This document shows positions 9,437 to 17,915 of a stretch of 35,627 nt of DNA, in pieces. Numbering within the stretch: the first letter of the stretch is position 1; every line of letters begins with the position of its first letter. The DNA is taken from positions 1 to 35,627 of the IMG/VR virus record IMGVR_UViG_3300036987_000044; one strand, 5' to 3'. The notes beneath the pieces are model-generated. The model made no database searches, was not told the DNA's origin, and saw only the letters and a list, made by a program, of their open reading frames with translations. This DNA comes from a virus (lineage: Duplodnaviria; Caudoviricetes). The translations under genes were made by a program, and so were the position numbers.

Positions 9437-11413
9437 TTATTCTTCCCAATCTGTAAGCGGAGCATCATCAGCAATAGCAAAGGATTCTGATGTTCTTAAA
9501 TAGAAATTGGCTAAACGGTGAAGTGAGAATTCAACCATCCAGTTAAGATGCTTTGGCTGATCTGCAACAATCAATTCTTCTACACCCCATAGCAGTGTGT
9601 AGAACTCCGGCCAGTTTCCGAAAATGTTAACAGCATCCGGTATTTGGTTACTTGAAATAGATGGATAGCCTTGAATTGTTCCAGTTTTATAATCGTAAAG
9701 TTTTTCAATACCGCTAGAATCAACCGGACTAATTTTAAGAAGGCTTTCAACATCAACACTATTCACCCATTTCATATTTTGTTTCATGCCATTAGCTTTT
9801 GCAACCATGCGAATGAAGTTTACAATTTTCTTTTGGTTAACTATACTCATAGAAGGTGCACTCATACCGCTCATATTTAACAAGCCGGTAGGTCTGCCGC
9901 TTAAACCAGTTCCATTAATACCTTCATAATCAAGCTTAACATTCTGTTGGCTGTAAAGCTCACGGATTAGAATTTGGTCTAAACCACCTAAACCTTTATT
10001 TGTACGAATGAACTGTTCGCGTCCTAATTCAGTTGCGGTTGAAATTCTTTTTGGAGATACTTCATCAGTATCAACTACCATATAAGATTTATCAACTGCA
10101 ATATTTTCGAGCGGAGTGTAAGAAGTTAAACTTGTAACAATCTTTGGAACAACTAAAGTACCATTCAAGCCAGTAATAATAGTTGAACCGGCTTCACCAA
10201 GAACAGTTTGATTTCTAAGTGTTTCTTTGAGTAGGTCCGGGCGGAATTCATCCGTTTCAAAATATCCACCTTCTGAAGGTGTGCCGATTGAGTGAGCTCG
10301 TTTTGTAAGACTATCTAAAGCTCTTTTCTGAAAATCAGCGGCAAGGAAAAATCCTTTTTCGCTTGCGGGCTGTCCGCTGTATTTAGAAATCTGATCGGAC
10401 ACTTCGAATTCTAAACCTTCTCTTTTTTCGCCGCGTAAAATTTTACCAATAGCGCGACTTGGTGAATATTGATCAGCTTCACTCTTTGAAAAATCCATGT
10501 GCGAAACTGGTTTACTTGCGTGCCCGCCGTTTCTTTGGACTTCATCGTAAAGAGATTTGAAGTATTCTCCAATGTTAACATCAGCACCGGATTTAATTCT
10601 CAAAATCGCTTCGTCGGCTTTGTGTTTGAACGCGCCGTCAAACATCGATTTTGATTTTTCGATTTCCAAACAAGCTTCTTCTCGAAGTTGTTCAGCAGTT
10701 TTTGTTGTTGGTTCGCTCATACCAGAGCCTCCTTTTGATTGGTTAATTGTGATTCTATCTTCTAAGCTTTTTTGATTATTAAGAATTGTATTTAGGATTT
10801 GTTGTAATTCGGGATCATTAGATTTAATACCGCTTTGCATAGCACGTTTAATTTTTGCGGCATCATCAGCACCAATAGCAACAAGGGAAACTTCTTTGCC
10901 TTTCCACCATAATCTAACCAGTAAAGGCATATCATCTTCATACTCGTTTTTATATTCAACACCGTCAATAATTACAGTTGCGTTTTTAGGTATCTCAACT
11001 GTTTTAGATGAATCGGTCATGTAACCAAGCGAAACAGAATCAATAGTTTTTTCTTTAATCTTCTCTTTTACTTTTGGCTCTGATTCACTTATAAAAATTT
11101 TACATAGAAGTTCGCTTTCGGATGTTCTCCAATTACTAGCGGAGCCAAGAATATGATTAACCGAATAGCGCATGTGGCTATCGAGAACGGGAGCTTTATC
11201 ATTATCGGGCAATACGCAATATCTCATAGGGAGAATTTCCCGGACCATTTCCCAACGTTCCCAATCTATAACAACAGCGGCTTTATCTGTAGTAGCTATA
11301 GTTTCAAAACTTTCACCTTCAGCGCTGTTTACAACTGCAACACGCGAACACATACCCCCAAAGTTGCGCGGGTTAAGTTTGTCGAGTTCTAAACCTTTAA
11401 TTTCTATTTCCAT
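9437..11413 (-). CDS. Fused prohead protease and HK97-fold major capsid protein
   Basis: N-terminal protease motifs LDSH, DSVSLGY, EVSLVAIGADD; C-terminal capsid motifs SEGGYF, INGTG...PTGLLN, IFGNW. Confidence 0.9.
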   Translation of the reverse strand: MEIEIKGLELDKLNPRNFGGMCSRVAVVNSAEGESFETIATTDKAAVVIDWERWEMVREILPMRYCVLPDNDKAPVLDSHMRYSVNHILGSASNWRTSESELLCKIFISESEPKVKEKIKEKTIDSVSLGYMTDSSKTVEIPKNATVIIDGVEYKNEYEDDMPLLVRLWWKGKEVSLVAIGADDAAKIKRAMQSGIKSNDPELQQILNTILNNQKSLEDRITINQSKGGSGMSEPTTKTAEQLREEACLEIEKSKSMFDGAFKHKADEAILRIKSGADVNIGEYFKSLYDEVQRNGGHASKPVSHMDFSKSEADQYSPSRAIGKILRGEKREGLEFEVSDQISKYSGQPASEKGFFLAADFQKRALDSLTKRAHSIGTPSEGGYFETDEFRPDLLKETLRNQTVLGEAGSTIITGLNGTLVVPKIVTSLTSYTPLENIAVDKSYMVVDTDEVSPKRISTATELGREQFIRTNKGLGGLDQILIRELYSQQNVKLDYEGINGTGLSGRPTGLLNMSGMSAPSMSIVNQKKIVNFIRMVAKANGMKQNMKWVNSVDVESLLKISPVDSSGIEKLYDYKTGTIQGYPSISSNQIPDAVNIFGNWPEFYTLLWGVEELIVADQPKHLNWMVEFSLHRLANFYLRTSESFAIADDAPLTDWEE

Positions 11414-11426
11414 AATGCACCTTTAA

Positions 11427-13091
11427 TTAATTCACATTTACTAATGCTTTTTTATTTTTAGGAAGCTCTTCTTCTTTTGGTATTGGAGCTACTTGTTTAT
11501 AATTACTACCGGGGAATGGGAGTCCGGCTTCTTCAAACAATCTTCTTTCATAAACCATACTTTCGATAAACGATTCAAGGCTCCATCCTCTTTCCGCTAG
11601 ATACTCCTCAACTAGTCCAGCACCTTGACTTATCATAAGTAAGAATGCTTCAGCTTCATCTTTTGGAGATACCCATTGCCATGCGCGACCTTGGAACCAA
11701 GGCTTATTGAATTTATCGAACTTGCTATAAGGCAAATTAATTGCGCCATTCATTAACGCGGCTGAAAGCCATTCGCTAAAATTCCAATTAAGAAACTGAT
11801 CTCTAAACCAAGTGTGAAGAGTTTTCCAAGTATCTCTTTCATCTAAAAGATTAGTACGACTTGAAGTGTAGTTTACATCGCTATAATCATTTGCGAGAGT
11901 TATAAACGCAATCCCTATACCGGTAGCTATACCACGTAAAGCCCACTTTTGAAATTCACCTTCTTTGCCGGAGGGAGATTTATAATCAGCTACAGTTGCT
12001 TCCATACCTTTAGGAACTATAACATCTTCACCCGGCATACTTGTTTGAATCAGTAAGGAAGGATCTTTAACACCATTAGAATCTTTTGGATTATAAGCGC
12101 CGCCTCCAATGTTAGCGGTGTTTAATTCATCACCTACAGCATTATCTTTATATTTATAAATCAACCCTTTATTTGCTGATACTCTAGCATCTACAAGAAT
12201 AGCCTCTTCATAACCACTTAACATTTTTAATCGAATCATTGAAGGAGCGAACCATGGTATTCCACGTACTTGCGAAGGATGTTCTTTAACAAATAAATGT
12301 TTTATTTGAACTTGGCCATACTTATCATAAATAGGGATTCTTTCATTATCTGAAGATGAGAACGAACTATAAAGCATGTTCTGATATGGATTAGATTTTC
12401 TTAACCAATAGGCAACGGGCTTTCTGTAAGGTGTGAGTTCTACTCCCATTATTACAATGTTGCCATTGCTTAGGGTTGTATTTTTTGTTTCATCTAAATA
12501 ATCGCATTCAATCAGCTGAAGAGTATAGCGGAATTTATTATCTACCGTTCGAATTGGTTTTACAAGTATTTCCCCATCTGTAGCAATTGTTTTTAATATA
12601 AGCCCGCATTGTTCGCGGAATGCAATGTCTTCAGTTATTGAATTATATTTAGGAAGTTGCCACTCTTCAAAAGCATCTTGAATTAAAGTATTGGCAAATT
12701 TATCATAACGGGGTATGTATTGTTTTTTATCGGCATCGAATGTTAATTCCATCGCTTTATTTCGGAGGGTAAATCCATCCGGCCCGATAACGTTTTTATC
12801 TAATGCCCTTAAATAACCTTTTGCCCAAGGATCGTTAATTGCAAAATCTCTACTTCTACCAACTAGGCGGCGTAAAGAAATTCTTTGCATACCGGAAATA
12901 GTTTCATAAACATTATTCCAATCGCTTGTAAGGTGTGAAGTTTGCGCACCGGCAAAAGACCTTTCGGAATTCAATTCTTTGTTAAGGTTTTGAACGGTGT
13001 CTTTAAGTTCATTTAATTGCGAAGTTGTTTCATCCAACTTTGTAATTGGAATAAACCCAAACATTTGCCCTATGAATTCAAGCGGTTTCAA
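11427..13091 (-). CDS. Lambda-family portal protein
   Basis: 554 aa; RSRD...NDPWAKG, GVELTPYRKPVAYW, QVRGIPW, DYSDVNYTSSR, WVSPKDE motifs. Confidence 0.95.
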   Translation of the reverse strand: MKPLEFIGQMFGFIPITKLDETTSQLNELKDTVQNLNKELNSERSFAGAQTSHLTSDWNNVYETISGMQRISLRRLVGRSRDFAINDPWAKGYLRALDKNVIGPDGFTLRNKAMELTFDADKKQYIPRYDKFANTLIQDAFEEWQLPKYNSITEDIAFREQCGLILKTIATDGEILVKPIRTVDNKFRYTLQLIECDYLDETKNTTLSNGNIVIMGVELTPYRKPVAYWLRKSNPYQNMLYSSFSSSDNERIPIYDKYGQVQIKHLFVKEHPSQVRGIPWFAPSMIRLKMLSGYEEAILVDARVSANKGLIYKYKDNAVGDELNTANIGGGAYNPKDSNGVKDPSLLIQTSMPGEDVIVPKGMEATVADYKSPSGKEGEFQKWALRGIATGIGIAFITLANDYSDVNYTSSRTNLLDERDTWKTLHTWFRDQFLNWNFSEWLSAALMNGAINLPYSKFDKFNKPWFQGRAWQWVSPKDEAEAFLLMISQGAGLVEEYLAERGWSLESFIESMVYERRLFEEAGLPFPGSNYKQVAPIPKEEELPKNKKALVNVN

Positions 13092-13597
13092 AATGAATTA
13101 ATCATCCTTGGTTGTTTATAATAACCTAGCTTTACATTGTACCGGTGTATAGCTTGTTCAATTTCGAGTAGTGTTTTGAAGGTTGTAGTTTTACCATTTA
13201 CGGAAATGTTCACATAATCGCGGGAGGCTATTTTAATTTTAGCATCCTTAAGCGCGTCTAGAATCTTTTGGTCTTCAGTTCTTACATCTTGCGGATTGTT
13301 TAACAGCGGTTTTATTTCGAGCGCGGTTTCAACAACTGCAACAGTTCCATCGGAATGAGTAAAAAGATATTGAGCTTGAAAACTTCCAAAACCTATTTGC
13401 TTGCTTAAATCGGCATCCACATCAAAATCGAAAGAATCGCCATCTTTAGTAGGAGTTATTTCATGAGGTGAATTAATACCATTGCGGAGATATAAAACGC
13501 AATCATTAACTGAGGCGGGATAATCTGTAAATGTATCAGTCCATTTCCATGTAGCGCCGCTGTATAATGTGAAATCTGAAATCATTTTATAGCCCAA
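13088..13597 (-). CDS. Head completion protein with gpW-like C-terminus (start may be ATG 13585)
   Basis: ISVNGKTTTFKTLLEIEQAI resembles gpW; directly before portal. Confidence 0.6.
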   Translation of the reverse strand: MGYKMISDFTLYSGATWKWTDTFTDYPASVNDCVLYLRNGINSPHEITPTKDGDSFDFDVDADLSKQIGFGSFQAQYLFTHSDGTVAVVETALEIKPLLNNPQDVRTEDQKILDALKDAKIKIASRDYVNISVNGKTTTFKTLLEIEQAIHRYNVKLGYYKQPRMINSF

Positions 13598-13674
13598 TAA
13601 GTTAATGGGATTATTGGTTTATACACCAATTGATTTTTTCTAAGGGCTATTTATTTAAATATTTAGTGATAAAA

Positions 13675-13700
13675 TATGTCAGAGTATGTCAGAGTATGAC
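13675..13700. repeat. 10-bp tandem repeat upstream of the head operon
   Basis: TATGTCAGAG TATGTCAGAG TATGAC in AT-rich intergenic DNA. Confidence 0.8.
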
Positions 13701-13742
13701 ATAAAAAGAGGGAGATAATGAGGGAGGTATTTATTCAGCGTT

Positions 13743-13949
13743 TCATTTTTCTTGATTGTTTTGTGAAACTTTTTCAACAACAATTCTAATCCTAACGTGA
13801 TCAGAGCGGAGGAGTTCTTGCATAGAACTAACAAAATTATCTTGTTCGATATTTGACAAAAAATCATTAATGTAGCGATTAGGCGCGCCAAGGGCACGGC
13901 TCATACTAAGCGCTTTTTCTTTATTTTCTTTCCAGAGTTCAATGTGCAT
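13743..13949 (-). CDS. Small hypothetical protein, possibly DNA-binding
   Basis: 68 aa; GAGG RBS inside the upstream gene end. Confidence 0.6.
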   Translation of the reverse strand: MHIELWKENKEKALSMSRALGAPNRYINDFLSNIEQDNFVSSMQELLRSDHVRIRIVVEKVSQNNQEK

Positions 13950-13951
13950 AC

Positions 13952-14134
13952 TTACCTCTTTATTATTTGTCTGATACGTTTTGTAATTGCTGTAGCTGTG
14001 ACAAGTTTATCATGTTTTTTATTGTTGTAAACAAGAATGAATCTGTTAGTGAGAGTAGGCACAAGTTCTATTTTGTGCCTAGCTCCATTTTTACCTTCCA
14101 AAGTTATTTTCCAAAATGTATCTTGTTTTAGCAT
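13952..14134 (-). CDS. Small basic hypothetical protein
   Basis: 60-aa ORF adjacent to the next gene. Confidence 0.55.
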   Translation of the reverse strand: MLKQDTFWKITLEGKNGARHKIELVPTLTNRFILVYNNKKHDKLVTATAITKRIRQIIKR

Positions 14135-14181
14135 AATGAGTTAAATCAATTCTCCGTGTAATGATTGCGGGTTATGTAGTA

Positions 14182-14210
14182 GTTCTCCGGTCGCAAGGCG
14201 ACCGGAGAAC
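14182..14210. repeat. Perfect 13-bp-stem hairpin bounded by GTT...AAC
   Basis: GTTCTCCGGTCGC-AAG-GCGACCGGAGAAC. Confidence 0.9.
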
Positions 14211-14254
14211 GGACTTGGCGATTATGAGATGAATCGTTACCGTCGCTTTGCGCC

Positions 14255-14519
14255 GGAGAACTAACGATTCATGTCCGATGCCTGTAGGGCTAACTAACAT
14301 GTATAGAAACATTATTAATAAGCCAGATTATCAATTCAACTATTTTCCATATCGCAAATGGGATTGCTACTATACAAATGATTAGCAATAACTTTAAGAG
14401 TGCTGTAATTCCATCACCTATTCCACTTACCATTTAAAACCTCCTTTAGCGTGTTAAATAAAAACCTATGTGTCGTCGTTAACCCTACGGGCACGGCATA
14501 ATCGCCAAGTCCGTTATAG
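14255..14519 (+). mobile_element. attC-like recombination site A
   Basis: R'' GGAGAAC, 5 nt, L'' ATTCATGT ... L' GCATAAT, CGCCAAGTCC, R' GTTATAG. The left arm has unpaired C, T and A; the inner stem is TGCCTGTAGGGCTAAC/GTTAACCCTACGGGCA. Confidence 0.6.
14290..14433 (-). CDS. 47-aa membrane peptide inside the loop of attC-like site A
   Basis: AAGGAGG RBS; MVSGIGDGITALLKLLLIICIVAIPFAIWKIVELIIWLINNVSIHVS; below the ORF-track cutoff. Confidence 0.75.
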   Translation of the reverse strand: MVSGIGDGITALLKLLLIICIVAIPFAIWKIVELIIWLINNVSIHVS

Positions 14520-14533
14520 CGATGCGGTTGCTC

Positions 14534-14911
14534 TCACAATAAACACTTAAAACCAGTATGCTTATCATAAACACTTTTTGTAACTGGTTCGCCCGCTACA
14601 TCGCCAAAAATAAAATACCGCTTTTTCTTACCGTCAATTATTATGTAATGCTCTTCCGCAACCGCACCGTTCGCAGTTTGTTTATCTTGTAGAGCTGGGC
14701 AATCTTTACAATCTTTTAGTGCTTCCTTATATCCGTCTCTAAATTGCTCACTCGCTATAACTACGCAATCAAGCGGAACACTTTCTTTAATTTTTAATTC
14801 AAGCTCTTCTATTATATTATCAATATCATATTTAGAATTGCCAGTGTTGTGTATTTTTATATCCTCACAAATACCTTTTGCATCTGACAATCCATCTTTA
14901 TAGTATTTCAT
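14534..14911 (-). CDS. Hypothetical protein spanning attC-like site B
   Basis: 125 aa; GAGG RBS; residues VPLDCVVIAS are encoded by the L''/R'' boxes. Confidence 0.7.
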   Translation of the reverse strand: MKYYKDGLSDAKGICEDIKIHNTGNSKYDIDNIIEELELKIKESVPLDCVVIASEQFRDGYKEALKDCKDCPALQDKQTANGAVAEEHYIIIDGKKKRYFIFGDVAGEPVTKSVYDKHTGFKCLL

Positions 14912-14973
14912 TTTATGCCTCTGTTAATTTTGATTGTTCTGTTCGTGTCCGCTTATTGCCAACTCTGTTATTT
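14755..14973 (+). mobile_element. attC-like recombination site B
   Basis: R'' CTATAAC, 5 nt, L'' AATCAAGC GGAACAC ... GTGTCC L' GCTTATT, GCCAACTCT, R' GTTATTT. Extra C and extra A in the left arm, as in classical attC. Confidence 0.7.
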
Positions 14974-15361
14974 CAGCTCGCATCCGCTCGCTGAAATAAC
15001 GGCTCGCTTCGCTCTCACCAAACAATTCATAATTCTTTTTTTTATCGCGTCTTGTTGCCGCTGAATTATTTTTATGCTGTTTGCTGTCATATCTCAAATG
15101 ACATCTTTGGCACATTGCTTTTAAGTTTTCCTTTCTGCAATCTGATTCATTATGGTTTAAGTGTGCAACTGTTAAGACTATTTTACCTTTCGCATATTGC
15201 GCCAGTTCACCGTGGCGCTCGATACATCTTCCAGTTGTAGAATGTAAACCACATTCTCCATTACATTCGCACCTACCTTTTGCCCGCTCAAATCTTATTT
15301 CGTTTGAAATCTCTTTCCAATTTTTAGGATACTTATTTTTATTTTCTTTTTTAATTGGCAT
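14924..15361 (-). CDS. HNH-like zinc-binding protein
   Basis: RAKGRCEC...VLTVAHLNH...NLKAMCQRCHLRYD. Confidence 0.8.
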   Translation of the reverse strand: MPIKKENKNKYPKNWKEISNEIRFERAKGRCECNGECGLHSTTGRCIERHGELAQYAKGKIVLTVAHLNHNESDCRKENLKAMCQRCHLRYDSKQHKNNSAATRRDKKKNYELFGESEASRYFSERMRAEITELAISGHEQNNQN

Positions 15362-15376
15362 CTAACAAAACCTCAT

Positions 15377-17317
15377 TTATCTTTTCCAATCGTTCACCCA
15401 ATTTTTATTATTAGTTTGTATCGGTTCTACTTTCGGTTGTTCAAATAATGAACCTTCTTTTAGTTGTTCACTTTTACGGATTAGATCTTCCATTATTTTA
15501 ATGAGGTTTGCTTTGCTAATTCTAAGCGCGGCAAGGTTTTCAACTTCAACATCGAGATCATGATTTTCGCGGCCGGGTATTGGTTCCCATGAAGTTACAT
15601 AAGCTCCCTTTACTAATTTCTTTACCGGCTTTTCAGCGGTTAAACATTGGAAGTATTCAAGATCAGCATAATGATTAAAGTGCATATAACCGGGGCCGGA
15701 TTGTTCTTTGTTCTCAATTTGCAAACGTCTGAAGATCACTTCTTTAGCTGTATCAGTTCCAACAAAGTAGAGGGGAATTCCACCTTTATTATTCATACTT
15801 GGTTTTATTGGAGCTATAGGTTTTCCATGTTCATTAGATCCTTTAGTTCCATAAATGCGCCGGTGTGCTTTATCCTTTACAAATTTATAAGCTTGATCAG
15901 CATGGTGACCTTGTGTATCAATTGCGGCGGCTGAAATTTTAAGTGAAACACCTAATGGATGCTGATAGCTTTTAGTTAATAGCAAAGCATCTAATTCATT
16001 CCAAATATAATCAAGCGCGGGATTGCCCGGTAAAAGAATTCTTTCGAGTAGCCAACTTTGTTCACCAATCCCCCATCCTTTAATTTTTACATGAAGCCAA
16101 CTATCTTGTGTATCAATACCGGCGGTAATGTAACATATTGCACCGGGGATGATAGGATTATCTTCATTAAAATAATTTTCTACACGGGTTAAAAGCTGTT
16201 CTTCTTTTGGCTGTCCGTAATTCGGTTTCCACAATTCAGCGAGTGATTGTGTAATAAATGTTTTTAAGCTAGAAGTTTCACCGGCTTTAGCTTGTTCATT
16301 TGCTTTTATAAACTCCTCTACCATTTTAGGCCATTCAATGGAAGTATAAAGTTTGTTTATATGGAATGTAGGTTTGTTCAATACTTCGGGTTTCTTTTTT
16401 TGCCACAATCCGTTTATCATCATATAATAATGTTGGTCCGGCTCCGGCAAAATCCTTTCAGTACAGTTTTCATTTTTGCATTTATAATACACTGTTTCGG
16501 GTTTATTCAATTCCCATTTTACACCAAAGTTTTCAGAAGGGCCTCCCCATTTTAACCTTTGTATAGTTCCGCAATGAGGGCACGGTACATAATAATATCT
16601 TTGATCTCCATCCTCAAAAACCACCCATATAATTGATTCACCTTCATTGCCCGGAGTTGAAGTTACAACAAGCTTTCTATTCGGGAATGTTTCTTGCATC
16701 TTGCGCGCGGTTTCAAAAGGATCACCCATAAAACCGGAGCGCTTCCATAAATCCACTTCATCAAAGTGAGCATATCTTTTTGAAGCGGATGTTAAATCTC
16801 CGCTAGAGTTTGCACCAACTAAATCGAGAATAACACCGTTAAACTTTTTCATTAAAACGGAATCTATCTTTTTACTTTTTGACGCGCGAACTTCTTCAGC
16901 TATTTTACTTAAGAATTCATTATCTCTAATTGAGGGATCTATTCTCTCGCGGCTGAAACGTCCGGCTTTCATTTTACTTTCACTAATATAAATTATAGGG
17001 CCGGGGTCTTCAGCTATTTCATTGCTGATTGCAATTTGTTGAATTAATGATTTACCCCATTGCCTATTTCCAACAATACCAATTATTTGATTTTGAGGAT
17101 TGCCAATTTCATCTAATATTTCTTTTTGGAATGGTCGAGTAGAATAGGAATATAAACCGCTTTCGTTTGAATATTCGGGAGATAAGTGAAAGTTATTTAT
17201 AGCCCATGTACTTAATGGGATTCTCTCTTTAGTTCTTAATCTTAAAAAAACATTTTCAAGTTTTAGATTAAGATAATTTAGAGCTCTCGGTGAACTTTGT
17301 AATTGTTGATATTCCAT
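15377..17317 (-). CDS. terL: Terminase large subunit (lambda gpA family)
   Basis: 646 aa; Walker A-like RQWGKS, Walker B FDEVD, STP, YYVPCPHCG, nuclease GIDTQ, ENHDLD. Confidence 0.95.
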   Translation of the reverse strand: MEYQQLQSSPRALNYLNLKLENVFLRLRTKERIPLSTWAINNFHLSPEYSNESGLYSYSTRPFQKEILDEIGNPQNQIIGIVGNRQWGKSLIQQIAISNEIAEDPGPIIYISESKMKAGRFSRERIDPSIRDNEFLSKIAEEVRASKSKKIDSVLMKKFNGVILDLVGANSSGDLTSASKRYAHFDEVDLWKRSGFMGDPFETARKMQETFPNRKLVVTSTPGNEGESIIWVVFEDGDQRYYYVPCPHCGTIQRLKWGGPSENFGVKWELNKPETVYYKCKNENCTERILPEPDQHYYMMINGLWQKKKPEVLNKPTFHINKLYTSIEWPKMVEEFIKANEQAKAGETSSLKTFITQSLAELWKPNYGQPKEEQLLTRVENYFNEDNPIIPGAICYITAGIDTQDSWLHVKIKGWGIGEQSWLLERILLPGNPALDYIWNELDALLLTKSYQHPLGVSLKISAAAIDTQGHHADQAYKFVKDKAHRRIYGTKGSNEHGKPIAPIKPSMNNKGGIPLYFVGTDTAKEVIFRRLQIENKEQSGPGYMHFNHYADLEYFQCLTAEKPVKKLVKGAYVTSWEPIPGRENHDLDVEVENLAALRISKANLIKIMEDLIRKSEQLKEGSLFEQPKVEPIQTNNKNWVNDWKR

Positions 17318-17807
17318 TGAATAATGTATTTATCTCTTTTTCAATTGCGGTTTCTAAATCAGTTTTATTTTTTGAAATCATAACCACCGGTAATAAATTC
17401 TTTTTGAATGTAGTTTTTTGCCGCGTTAATATTTCTACAAACCTTTCCATAATTTCAACTACATCATCTACAAAAATTAACTTTTCTTCTAACTGAGCAA
17501 GTTTTAACTCTTCCATTTTAGCTTGTGCCATTTCCTTTCTATTCTTTGCGGAATTTTCGGCACTGGTTTTACTCTCTTCAATTTGTTTTCTAAGATGCTT
17601 AAACATTGCTTCCAAACTAACACCGGCAACATACTTACCGCGCTCAATTCTTTTAATGCCATAGAAGTTTTCATCTTTAGGATCACTGCCACGTTCAATA
17701 CTTCTAGTAGTAACTCCGCATAAATCGCTAAGTAATTTACCGGAGAAAGTATAGCGTTCATTGAGATCTTGTATTGAAGTAACATGTATCTTTTTCTTTT
17801 TTGGCAT
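17268..17807 (-). CDS. terS: Terminase small subunit (Nu1-like)
   Basis: N-terminal HTH (LSDLCGVTTRSI) plus coiled coil (RKEMAQAKMEELKL); overlaps terL. Confidence 0.8.
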   Translation of the reverse strand: MPKKKKIHVTSIQDLNERYTFSGKLLSDLCGVTTRSIERGSDPKDENFYGIKRIERGKYVAGVSLEAMFKHLRKQIEESKTSAENSAKNRKEMAQAKMEELKLAQLEEKLIFVDDVVEIMERFVEILTRQKTTFKKNLLPVVMISKNKTDLETAIEKEINTLFNGISTITKFTESSKLS

Positions 17808-17866
17808 ATCATGTTTGTTTTAACGAACCGAACCTATTTTTTTTTACCCAAAAATTTATCAAACTC

Positions 17867-17911
17867 TGCGGTCGTGAGCTACCCGTACTATGAAAGTGTG
17901 GAGAAGGACCC
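17867..17911 (-). other. Candidate cos site (cosQ plus cosN)
   Basis: GGGTCCT (the lambda cosQ sequence) followed 17 nt later by TACGGGTAGCTCACGACCGCA, resembling lambda TACG-GGGCGGCGACCT; just upstream of terS. Confidence 0.7.
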
Positions 17912-17915
17912 AAAA

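Noticed and set aside
13679-13897. 72-aa minus-strand ORF
   Set aside because: Alternative frame overlapping the better-supported 13743-13949 ORF and running into the repeat region.
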